DNA of 44,982 nt, from assembly GCA_021432655.1 (NCBI GenBank), contig MU271519.1, positions 6,023-51,004 of the forward strand. The letters run 5' to 3'. Below are positions 1 through 11,159 of this stretch, one piece after another; positions within the stretch are counted from its first letter, which is position 1, and the number at the start of each line of letters is the position of its first letter. The notes under the pieces are model-generated. The model ran no database searches. It worked only from the letters and a program-made list of their open reading frames with translations, and was not told the DNA's origin. Source of the stretch: Atractiella rhizophila (taxonomy: Eukaryota). The translations under genes were made by a program, and so were the position numbers.

Positions 1-147
1 CTGGATGCGTTCTTCGCTCGTCGGCGGTTCGCGCGTTTCCATATCTCCCCAAACCTCCGACATTTTTTAAGTTTGGTTTCAAAAATAAGGAGAGAGTATT
101 CTTCTGTTAGGGCTGACACTATGTGCGGTCGCCGATAGGCGATGCGT

Positions 148-224
148 CTGTAGTGGAGGTAAACCTAAGTGAATAGTATGGCATGAGGAGACTAACCTGT
201 AGTGAAGGTAAACCTAAGAGAATA
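148..224. repeat. 28-bp direct repeat, two copies (148-175 and 197-224), 2 mismatches
   Basis: ctgtagtggaggtaaacctaagtgaata vs ctgtagtgaaggtaaacctaagagaata. Confidence 0.85.
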
Positions 225-379
225 CTCTGAGGTCACCACCACTACATCTCGATGTATATATACATATGTAAAAGTACTGCCATAAACTGTATCATAAGTT
301 TTCTTGAAACATGTAAGATAGCTAGATCAGGAAAGCAATAAAGGGAAAACTCGGAAATAAGAGATACTAAGCAGTACAA

Positions 380-2194
380 GTGAGAAAGGGCAATAAAGTA
401 ATAATTGAGACGGTGCAGACCGGCGAAATGTTTAAGGTTTTGCTGAGCGGCGATTCGTGTGAGACAGGGGAAGGCGGCGATCAGCACGAACGTGAGCAAG
501 CGGCGATGGGCAGGTGCGTGATCCTATGGCATGGCAAAGTAGGTCACGTGACTTCAGACTGTGCATTTCGGTAATGCGTAGGGGCAAGCCTGACAGAACG
601 AAAGCAGAGGCAGTGGATGCATTTTCTGTGCCAGAAACTCCTCAACCTGCAACTCAGTTGTCAACCCTTTCTCATGTGGATATGGATATGCCAAGGTGCG
701 TCCTTCCATACCATTTAGTATGCAAATGGAATCTGTATTTCTTTCTCTGTAGGTGGAAGCCCAAACGTGCACGAGTCATGTATGTTATCTTGTCTTGTCT
801 TGTCTTCCGTCACACACACTAATTGGCCTGACAGCTCTACAACATCTTTATCCATGGACGACGTTCGATCCATGCCAGAGGATGCCGAAACTCAGCCTAT
901 AACGATGGAGGAGGATTTGCATTGGGATGCTATTACGAGGAATAGTGCAGATTCCGTAGAGATTGTTGAAGATTGGTCCACCTTGGTATAAGTGCTTTCT
1001 GACATCAAACAAGAGTTTGCTAACTGTTACCAGCCCAAGAAAACTAATAACCAGGTGCCAGATGGAGAGACACGAAAGATAGTCTCCAGAACCACTGTAG
1101 CTCAAACCGATTATCTGGTTTGTCACCCTTTGATCCATCTTTCCAATTGGGCACTAAGGATTGCTCCTGTTACAGACATACAATATCCCTTCGATACCTT
1201 TGATACCCCATGCTCTGGATGTGGCTGATCTGCCCACACCACCGTCTCCGCTTCCACAACGGCCAACACTGGTCGTACCCGGTCTTATGGATTGCTCCGA
1301 AATGTCGGAAGGGAGCTCCCTAGTGAGTGATTTCATTCAATAAACAGTGTTTTGTCTAAGGTCCTACAAATGGAAAGCCTTCTCCATCGCCACCCATAAT
1401 GCCCTCTCTAGCTCCCTCAAGTCGCATCGAAGTAACAAAGACTATAAGGCCAGGCAGTATACTTCGTATCACTTCTCATTTCATTTCCGTCCAATCTAGC
1501 TGAAAGGTCGGGCGTAGGTCAGTTGGAAATGAGGAACGAGCCTAAGCAAATGACATGTAAGTGACCTTTGCTATCATGCTGCAAATGGACGTAATATTGA
1601 GTGTATCAAATAGCTGTTACCTCCCCTGCTAGCTTTCTGCTTGCAGCTCCGCTCTCAATGATCCCTCTTCAAATTCCCGTTCCCAAGAGTATCTCCAAGA
1701 GTACAACAGGGAATGCAACGAACAGCAAGTCGCTTACTCACCCTCCGTCTGTTGTTGACACTTCTTACCATCGCTATTCTGACGTGTTTGGTAGATGATG
1801 CCCGCAACAGCACAAGACAGCCGTAACAAGGGCCAGTATGTGGTTCTTTTGTAGAGGATCATGACTGATTGTTGCATGTTGCATTAGGACAGCTTTTATA
1901 CGCCATCGAGAGAGGCAATGGCAAACGGATAATCCGGATCTCCCACTCCCTCTCATTGTGACATTCAAGGCTGAGTACAAGCTGCTCAGTTCGAAGGAGA
2001 AGAGTGTACGTGCTCGCGATCAGAACGATCTACACAGCACTGGTCCCACAGTGTCTAAGCTGTATCTTTAGAACTGGAACAAACTAGCGAATCAACAGCA
2101 GACTCCCTCAACCACTTCGACTTTTGCTCCACTGATGACGGCCTTCCCAAAGCCCCACTCGAATCCCACTCCATTTCAGAGGCCCGAAGCGTGA
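380..2194 (+). CDS. Multi-exon hypothetical gene (5' end unresolved, possibly decayed); S/P-rich with a C-terminal HMG-box-like segment
   Basis: A chain of short GT-AG introns with consistent phase links the ORF pieces 380-574, 514-822, 767-991, 992-1228 and 1161-1343 (e.g. TTG|gtataa..gctaac..ccag|CCC removes the TAA at 989-991). Last exons read QTAFIRHRERQWQTDNPDLPLPLIVTFKAEYKLLSSKEKS|NWNKLANQQ, stop TGA 2192-2194. The junction near 1720-1800 does not resolve cleanly. Confidence 0.45.
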
Positions 2195-2332
2195 CGGTGC
2201 AACGGAGGCTACTAGAATTGGTTGACTTATCGGGGATGTTGTTATTGGTATTGCTGAGTGCAGTATCAGGGAATATCGCAATACAGGATAGCAGCAGACA
2301 ATAACAATGATTCGCTTTCAAAGATCCTAATC

Positions 2333-2493
2333 GTTCCAAAAGATTCCCAAAAAGCATCCCCGGAACTGTGAAAAGTCTCCCCCACGCGTTCCTGGCCAGC
2401 GTCCCAGAACGTCCCAAAACGTCCCAAGTAGTCTACGCGATGGGACGATTTGGGATCCTTCCCAAATCTTCCCAAACAGTCCCAAGTTCCCAA
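2333..2493. repeat. Array of TCCCA(A) motifs, many spaced ~10 bp apart; probable transposon subterminal region
   Basis: gtccca at 2401, 2411, 2421; (t/g)tcccaa at ~2459, 2469, 2479, 2487; inverted copies (tggga) at ~2441 and 2451. The array abuts the inverted-repeat element below. Confidence 0.6.
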
Positions 2494-2514
2494 ACTGAAC
2501 TTGACAGGGCTTCA

Positions 2515-3102
2515 ACCATGGTCCCAATCAACAAGTGGGAGAAGTGGTTGGTAGGAGCAGAAAGCGCTGGTTTTAGACTACCAGGCCGCTATACAGCTAA
2601 AGAGGAGAATGGGTAACGGGGGAGAATTTCGGTTTAAAGTAGTGAGTCTTCCCATGTTCTCATGTTACTATTGTGATGAGTCCAGGATCTAATCAGGTCT
2701 CACCACTTCCAATTGAGGTTTCCATTTCTTGTTTGTAATCCATAACAGCGAAATGAAATACATGAATACTCCGAAAGCGACACTATATCAGAGTCAGTGA
2801 ACCCATTCACACAAGTGAGCCTGAAGAGCAGTGAGGTAACTATGGCAATTTTTGCAGCCCTATCACCCATCAACAAAGTAGAAGGTGTGTTAGCATGTCA
2901 GCGTAGGGTGTGGAAGAGTCTCAGAAGCTCTAGCATCTCATGGGAGAAGCAACCCATTCTGCCCAGAATAAGGACTACACATGAATTTATTTCTCGCCCG
3001 GTACCCGTTCTTCTCCTTAGCTGTACAGCGGCCTAGTAGTCTAGAACCAGCGTTTTCTGCTCCTACCAACCACTTCTCCCACTTGTTGATTGGGACCATG
3101 GT
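2515..3102. mobile_element. MITE-like non-autonomous element with ~100-bp terminal inverted repeats
   Basis: 2515-~2620 (accatggtcccaatcaacaagtgggagaagtggttggtaggagcagaaa...) is the near-perfect reverse complement of ~2997-3102; the ORF track shows the same peptide TMVPINKWEKWLVGAE on both strands. There is no coding interior, and both ends carry the palindromic 8-mer ACCATGGT. Confidence 0.75.
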
Positions 3103-3399
3103 AGGTCGAGTTGAAGTCGAAAGTGCCAAAATTTCGCCGAAGGTCAAGCCGAACGACTATTCGGCTGTGTTATAATGTTGCTCCGCAGCGACACGGCGCC
3201 ATTTCAAGCTGTGCAATCCGACTTTTTGAAAATGCAACGAAATGCTACAAACCGTATGCCATGGGATAGCTCAGTGAATTGGCTCCCATAAATAAACCGA
3301 AAAAGTATCAATGCAGACTTGGTTATGTTAGAAAACAGATCTAATGAAGATATCATGGTACGACAAATCAGTTTTCGGCGTGCATTCATTTCAACTGTG

Positions 3400-4968
3400 C
3401 TATTCCTTCAACCATTCTTTCCATGGGACCAACATTCTCTGATTTCCTCTCTCTCTTTCAATCCACATATCCACGCTTTGATACCTGGTGTGAAACATCT
3501 TTCCGATAACTTCCATGAAGTTTCTTGGTCCACTAGAGCCATAGCTGTGAGCAGGAATTAAGCCCAATACAAACCTTTCCAAGCCAGGAGCCAATTTCGG
3601 AGTATGATTCTCGCGCATCAGCAAGTCCAGCTCAGGTTGTTCTTGATCGTCACCCCACCTCCAATAAGGCAATGTCAGGTGTAAATATTTCAAAGAAGGT
3701 GGCAGCAACTTGATGAACCATAGCGGTCTGGGTCCGTGAGGATACATGGTGTTGATTTCTAGCGAAAGGAGATTGCGACATGAGCGAAAGATGTCCTCCA
3801 AGATGCGAGTAAAGACTTCGCCCCAAACGTTGTGTTCATGGGCTTCTTGATAAATCCAGAAAAAAGCACCATATCCATCATTCCCTATCCATTTGAAGCT
3901 CAACTCCTTGAGTTGCTCCCCGCACTTCAGAAACGGTGATGACCACAACTTCTCGTCATTTAGGTCTCCACCGTCGCAGACGATGTACGTATCGAGAAAA
4001 TGAAGACTAGAGAGGAGAGGAGAAACCAAGAGGATGTCTTGAAGATCTGTTGGTGCAATTCGAGATTGATAAAGCTTGAGAGTTGACAAAGTTTGCGCGA
4101 GGAATCGATTGGCTGGGATGGTCAGACGAGAAGCGACACGGGGTGAGCGGAAAGCCCCCGGTGCTCGCAAGGAGGAAACTTGACGGAAGACAATGGTCGG
4201 ACAATGTGACTGATCGAGCATTTCGAAGACTGAATTGATAATGATGGCATCACGAAAAGAAACGGTACCAAATTCCAGCATTTCGAGTTTCGGCACACTC
4301 AGTGGGCGAAATAAATCACAGACTGATGAATCCAGATAGACTGCAGGAGGCATTGATACCATTCGGATACTTCGGAGCGAGCCACAGCAGAGCTGGATAA
4401 TGTTTCTAATCCCCTTCCTCCAGTTGTCAATTTGGTTGTTATAATCGCTCCCCTTGTCTAGATAATTTTTTAACTTCTCTGCTTTTGTTTCACAATGTAC
4501 CCTTTCCCGTTCATATCGGTCCTCTTGGATAACCCTTTCCTCAAAGTCCGAGGCTCGTGGAATGAAAAGTATTTCACGAACAAAATGGGCAAGACTTGGT
4601 TTTGCGAGAAGGGTTGCGTGAAGTGTGTTGAGTTGGAAAGTCGTCTGAATGAACGGCTTCTTGAAAATGAGGGATTGGCAAGCGGAAGCGAATAGGGGCG
4701 ATAGAATGGAAAGAGAAGAGATCCAAGTGACAGACTTGAGAGATCCTTGCCGCTTTGACTTAATCGGGCGGCGCCGCATATCACTTGAAGCGAGCACCAA
4801 AATGTCGACTAGAATTTCGACAGGGAGGTCATGGATTGGGCAGGTGTTTGTGCTAATGGTTAAGTACATAATCAGTTCATCGGTTTGACTGTGAATCAGG
4901 ATCAGGACTCACCTTGGTGGCCCTATCTTGAAATGAGACCTTCTTGGGGCAGGGCTTGTCTTTGGCAT
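3400..4968 (-). CDS. F-box-like / LRR-type hypothetical protein (~500 aa)
   Basis: 489-aa ORF with an N-terminal F-box-like motif IHDLPVEILVDIL and LxxLxL repeats (LSTLKLY, LSSLHFL, LKELSF, LLSLEI, LKYLHL). A short upstream exon MPKTSPAPRRSHFKIGPP (ATG 4968) joins in phase via a gtgagt..ttag intron 4912-4853. Confidence 0.7.
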
Positions 4969-5839
4969 GGGTTCGAGGTCAGGGGGGGCAACAAATGACA
5001 ATTCTCATCTTTTTGAAAGGACGTAGAATCAAGTTATTTAAGGACGAAGAAATCCGCAGCAAGTGCCCGAGTCATTCAATCATCAAAAATGCAGGATTAA
5101 TATTATTAATAATGCTTGCATGATGCATCTGGATGCATGACCCCCTCACAATAAACAAGCAGATGCCCTAAGGATGGCCAGGCTACACATACATGATTTC
5201 CTCTTGAAGTCATAGTGGTACATCGGGATTGTGACCAGTTCAGGGGTCCTTGCAGCGATAATGACGGCTTCGACCGGTCCCGTCGAAGAGATTGAGAGCT
5301 TTGAGGCAAATCTCCTCCTTCCCAACCGTCACTATCTCTAGTCTCAACCACGTCTTAACACACTCCTACGCCTAGTACCCACGAGCCTGAGTAGTGAAAG
5401 ACAACCTGAATCGCATGCGTTCGTGATAGAGTGACATACAAAAAGGATTATCGTAGAAAAATCATGCTGCAACACAATATTTTTTATCACCTCAGCGATA
5501 TTCAAGCGTAAACAGGGTAATAGCAGTCAAGCAGAATCGAGGGCACTTATCGAGTCATAAACATAATCATGGCATGCAAATTCATTCGTTAGCATGAGCT
5601 CTATGATTGAGTCAAAAGAACATCACACTTCGCGAATCCAGGACTCAGCACCATCAACCTTAATAAGCGCACCACATAGCTCCCTACGTCCACCCGAACC
5701 GCTCTGCCGCTCACTCAGCGCTCCATCTCGCCGACTTAGGCTTATCGGTTCGTCCCCTTGGAACCACTTTCCTTCTGTATAAATCTACAGCTGTCAGGAC
5801 ATTTTAGCTCAAATCGTCGCAATATTTTAATCAAGACAG

Positions 5840-6417
5840 ATGGTCTCAAAAGAGTTCGTTCAGCAAATATTCGCCCACTGTGAAAAGAACGAGTGGGACG
5901 AGTTCTGCACGTATCTTGACCCAGATGTCCGCTGGTGGATAAACGATGATAAAGAAGATGACTACACCCACACTGGAATATACGTTCGTATCAAACATCC
6001 GTCTCCAGTCTAGCTCTTGATGCAACTAAAACTGTCGGGACAGAACGTGGCAAGCTGGAAGGAAAAAGTCGGCGTGCCATTGTGGGCAAGATTGAAGGAT
6101 GGGGTGAATACGATGAAAATCTCAAGCTTGAACGTGAGCCTTTCCTCATCTTGATGCAAATATGTTTCTGATGATCGTCTCAGGTGTTCGGCAACCTTTC
6201 CATCGTGGAATGCATAGGAAACGCAACACAAAAGAACGGACAGCCGTACAAAAATAGGCGCGCCGCTCTTGCTCATTGAGGAATGTGGACTGATGGTTTG
6301 AGATGCAGATTCGCTTGGTTCTTTGTCTTCGATGAGGAGACGGGAAAGGTGAAGGAAATTAGGGAGTATATGAATACTGCTCATGTGGCAGATGTGATGA
6401 GGAATAATGAGCCTTGA
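5840..6417 (+). CDS. SnoaL/NTF2-like (ketosteroid-isomerase-like) small protein, 4 exons
   Basis: Not in the ORF track. Spliced product MVSKEFVQQIFAHCEKNEWDEFCTYLDPDVRWWIND...TGIY|NVASWKEKVGVPLWARLKDG...LNV|FGNLSIVECIGNATQKNGQPYKNR|FAWFFVFDEETGKVKEIREYMNTAHV. The LDPDVRW and GKVKEIREYMNT motifs are typical of SnoaL-like folds. TATAAA lies at ~5778. Confidence 0.8.
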
Positions 6418-7979
6418 AAGCTGCTGTAGGACCTGTGGTGTAGAAGACGACTTGTAGAAAGTTATACAATTTAAGGGGGAGACTGAACAATCGGTCCCAG
6501 GCGGTGCTTGATGGCAATACATATCATAGAATGCCTTGCAGGCCAAAGGTAACCAACAGCAACTGTCGCTGCGCATTGTTCTTCACCTTAACGTAATGTC
6601 AACTCTACAGTTGAGTTGAAATAGTAGCTTCAATTCTATCTTCAAACGTGTTAAAATTACAGACAGATGAGAGCAGTGCACTTCAACATTTCGCTAAACT
6701 ACACAACTCCCGCATGGTGTTAAGCTGACAACATGGAGTTCTTCCACTCCATGTCACAACGCGTATGGTCCCCATATGAGCTTGAAGCAGCTTCATTGAC
6801 GGTCGACGTGGTTAGGACAGCAGTACGGACGGCAGAATTCGGAATAAAAAACAAGACTGGCTGTTAGAAAGTATTTCAAAGGGGTTGTGCATGCAAAGAG
6901 AGGGTGACCGTGCTTGCATATCACCCTTGGACTAGACCCAGTTGATGAAGACAGCCGAAAACTCTCACCAAAGAGCCTTTCTCAGGTTCGATGTTTGCCT
7001 CACTAGCACCCAGAACCCTCCAATCTATCTCCCTATCAAGTTCCAGGCCCATGTTAACATTGTGGTGATCAGTTATCTATCAGCGTCGAGCCTTCCAACC
7101 AACGCCGTTCCCGACACCACACCACACACCTCATCAAACAACCCTCCAAACCTCAGCAACATATCGGGGACAAATATTCTCATCTCGGGGATGTCTGAGC
7201 ATCACGTCAAAGTTTGGTCGACGAAAATCCCAGTCTGTGCATATCGTGGAAGCACGGCGGACAAACTGAATTCAACAAGGACCCTTGTTGATTCAATAAC
7301 AACAAGGGGAGATCCCTTTGTTATCTTGCCCTATTATGAGCAGCCGTCTACCACCACCACCCTCCTAGGTCCCTTCCAGCCTGCGTCTGAACAGCACAGA
7401 GACTGATTTTCGTCGACCCAATCTCCCGAATCGCGAACGGTGCCCACAGCTGAGTCGATTTGGATGCAAGATGAATAGGTCACAGGAAGAGGCGAGTCCA
7501 ATTTTCAACTTCGTTCCGTGATTTCTGCCTATCTGTTTCCAACTTTGAATATCGTGCGCGAAGGGTGCTTGTTTCATGCTTTCCAGAGGCTCAGAGGCCA
7601 ATGGGGGCTGCTTATAACAGCCCCCGTTCTGCTCCTCTAACTGTTCAATGTCTCGCAAGTAGTTATGAGTAATCGTCAAGAGGAGGAAATGATAGCCATA
7701 GAAGACACGGATAAGTCCTGTCGAATGGTCCGTCTATTTATCAAGTCTATCCGTTGCGTCTTCTGTCTTCGTCGCAGCGAGAGGTGTTCTGTCTCCACAA
7801 AGCCAGAGTCTATAAACCATGTCCAAGAGGAACGATGAGACTTTGTAGCCTCCTGTACTACTTGACCATGGACATCCTGGCTGCAATGCTCGCACTGTTT
7901 CCATGGACTACACTTCGATGTCTTGTTATACCTTGTGAACTATCCTTCCTCCCGATACAAAAAGTCTGACCAAGGATCG

Positions 7980-10479
7980 ATGCAGATCTTCAAGAAGAGC
8001 GATCAAGACAAGGCAAAGAAAGAGCAGGAAAAGAGGCAGTATGAAGCAAGGGAAGCTAGGAGGGCGGAGGCGGAGAGGAAGTTTGGAAAGAGGGCACAAA
8101 TAAGGATTAGGTACGGTCCCTTCATCTTCCATTGAGACAACAGAGTTTGACGATTTGTCCCACAGTCCTGCGTTAGAAAATGCCATGAATAGGCCTGATT
8201 CGAGTTATATGGATGCTGGGAGACTGGATACACCTACGACTGCTGCTTCAGAATGGGGAAAACTTCCAGGAGTTCCGAACGCGAATGCGACCGGAATAAA
8301 GGAACAGCGCTTCACGGGTAACATGGATGCGGCCATGAAGAAGTATCGTGAGGAGACTCAGCGGAAGGTGAGAAGGTACGTATACACTTGTTTCTCTAAT
8401 CGGGTTCAAGCGACTGACATTCCCTAACGCTAAAGTAAAACGAACGGTTCTCCTGGTCCAAGACTCGAGCTTGCCACCCCTGGGGTCCTCCTATTCCCTC
8501 AAAAGGAGGATATAAAACGTATTCACCTCCCACCAGAAACTCCCGTTGCTCCTTCTTCTCAGCAGTTGCAGAGGGACCACAAATTATTTGGCCTTTTAAA
8601 ATCGTCGAAGTCCTCCTCGAATCTTGCACCTCCTCCACCAATACCGTTCCCTCCTGCCCTCCCTGACTCTGATGGGGAAGTTGGAAAAACCAAAAGGTCT
8701 CTGTGGAGTGGGTCGAGGGAGAGGGAGAAGAAAAGTGTCGAGAAATCGTATTGGTATTCTCAGGATTACGACGTTTCGTCAGACAACGAGATCAAACCCA
8801 TCAAATCCAACTATCCAATTCCGAGGGATTTCGAGGCAATGACTCCAGGAACGACACTTCTGAGTTATCAGGAGAGGAAGAAGGAAGATCGTCACTTGCC
8901 TAAGCCGGGAAGCTATCAGTTCAAGAGTGCTTTCGACTTACCTCTCGACGATGGACCAGTGATGCAGAGACCTATCGCCAAAAGCTTCAATGCAGCATGT
9001 CCACCTTTCTTGCCCAACTCTTCGCCCCCTCTGAATTCAGCCATGGCAACAACTCGCCTCTCTCCGATTCCTGCTCATGAAAGAACCACCTCTACAACCT
9101 CTTTCACGTCCTCAATACACTCGACTCCGGTTCCTCCGAGCCATGGTCTCTCTCCCCTTCTCACGCACGTCCGAAGTGCTTCGGCGAATCCTTTCTCGCC
9201 GCCTACGACCTCTGCTCCTCCTCCTGCTCCCACGACTCGTCTCTCTCCTCTGACGACACATAGTAGGAGTCCGTCGGGTAGTCCTGCGGACCTTCGTCAA
9301 ACTGCCTCGGCTACGACAATCCCTCGAGAACGACACCTCAAGTCTGCTATTGATCAGGACTACCCAACTCGCGATCGGTACTCCGTGGCTAAGAAAATCA
9401 TAAGTCATCAGCGATCCTTCTCAGAACCTGTTGACGCACCAATGCCCCAACTTGGGAAGCCCTTTACACAATCTGCGCCTCCTCGCCCTCCTCGAAACTC
9501 TCGAAGGAATCAAGCGCTTGAGTACGGGTCACCCCCTCTTGACACACCTCCAGCGTCAAGTGATAGCTCTTGCTATTCTCCTACGTCTGCTGTGTTCCCT
9601 CCAACACCAAAAGACTCACCTCGACTTGACATTGAAAGCCTCGAGGTCTCTGCTCCTCCGCCAGCTGCCCCACGCGCCAATCCTGCCATCTCCTTGCCTG
9701 GGAAGAAGCAGCCTTTGAAGCGAGGTGGACAGGTCGGCTTAGTTTGCAGGCGCGAAATGCGAAGTGTTGCTGTCGAAGGCGGGGAGGAAAAGGCGGAGAA
9801 AGAACCTGACGTTCCTCCCTACCTCTCGGCTGTCCCCAGCTCCCCGACTCGTCCCCACCTTTTCGAGCAAGGGGACGATCCTTTTGAGGCTATAGCTCCA
9901 CGTCGTGGCATTCCCGTTCCCAGAATCGATACGGATATCTTGGATCAATACACAAAGGACGACTCATTTCTCAATCTACTCCCAGATTACGACGTAGATG
10001 ACACTGTCATTCCCGAGATGGATGCCTCAATGAGACCCTCGAGTGTCGTCACGATCGCAACTGATTCCCCAGTAGACCCTGTGGTCTTGCCTTTCAGGAG
10101 GAAGTCTTCAAAAGCATCTCACCGCACTCTGCGGCGAACCTCTTCTTACAATGTCCTGGTGCGTATCCTCTGCTCTTACTCATTGCTACGACAAACTGAT
10201 TCCCATATTTATATCCAGGCTACTATTCCACCTGCTAAAACAACAAGGAAAGGATCAAACGGAACCGTCATGACGATCAATGGAGCTCCTCTGGTCATGG
10301 CTCGCTCCGCTTCGACGAGGACGAATGATTCAGATGTGAAATCCCGCTATCCGTCCACAGTCTCTAATTGGTCCTCCTACACCCAAATGAATGCCCCACC
10401 CCCCGTCCCATCAATCGAAAGGTGGGATCATCCTTACTCCTATCATAGCCTCCAACATAGAGGATCTCTTCGATGGTGA
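7980..10479 (+). CDS. Pro/Ser-rich hypothetical protein, multi-exon
   Basis: 637-aa ORF 8566-10479 plus upstream exons (ATG 7980; donors gtacgg ~8111 and gtacgt ~8376) and an intron at ~10159-10219. Low complexity, no recognisable domain. Confidence 0.7.
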
Positions 10480-11159
10480 CTTGACATTCTGAATATTAGA
10501 GTATCCCCATCCTGTTCATCAACCGTTCATATTGTCATCCCTCTTTCAATCTCATCTACTCTCTCGTTGCATCAATAATCCTGTACTATTCATTTGCTTT
10601 AGTCTTTCTCTGTTTTGAATTGCTCAGTGGCATTCGACTCCGCTCTCTGCACTTTCCAACGCCTTTTCGATTTCCTACCTTCCTTCGTTGCGCCTTCAAC
10701 TCAGCGCCTTCTGTCCACAACCATTTTTCGACTTCTGGTTGCATTGATTGTGTCCAAAGTTCTATGCTGTAAATAATAGTCGGAAAAACAGACATGTAAT
10801 TGAGAGCACTGCTACCTCAATGGTTAAAAGAATTTCTGTCTACATAACATACACTTTTGACAAAGCTAAACTTCTAATGATGAGTGGAGCTCCACTATCG
10901 ATGAGTTAGTGGAAGAGGCTAAAATGCTAGATATGGAGGTGTTAATAGTGATGGTCCCGAAACATGGTGAAGATGCACATAAATCCTGAATCCCTCTTTA
11001 CAGTGGAACGGAAGAACTAAGTCGGAAAGACGACAGCTACTCACATCTTGGAAATTTGAAAGTGAAGAAACGACAAATCAATAGGACAAATTGCTAACGG
11101 AATAGCACGACTGTGCAACTGAATGCTGCTGAATGTACAGGTTGGGAATTAAAGAATGG

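Noticed and set aside
148..224. CRISPR-like repeat-spacer-repeat
   Set aside because: Only two imperfect copies with a 21-nt spacer, in a eukaryotic context with no cas genes.
3260..3290. tRNA-like start gggatagctcagt
   Set aside because: It forms only a short hairpin; no anticodon arm or T-arm follows.
7980..7995. MQIF start resembling ubiquitin
   Set aside because: The similarity ends after four residues; the rest is a charged helical stretch.
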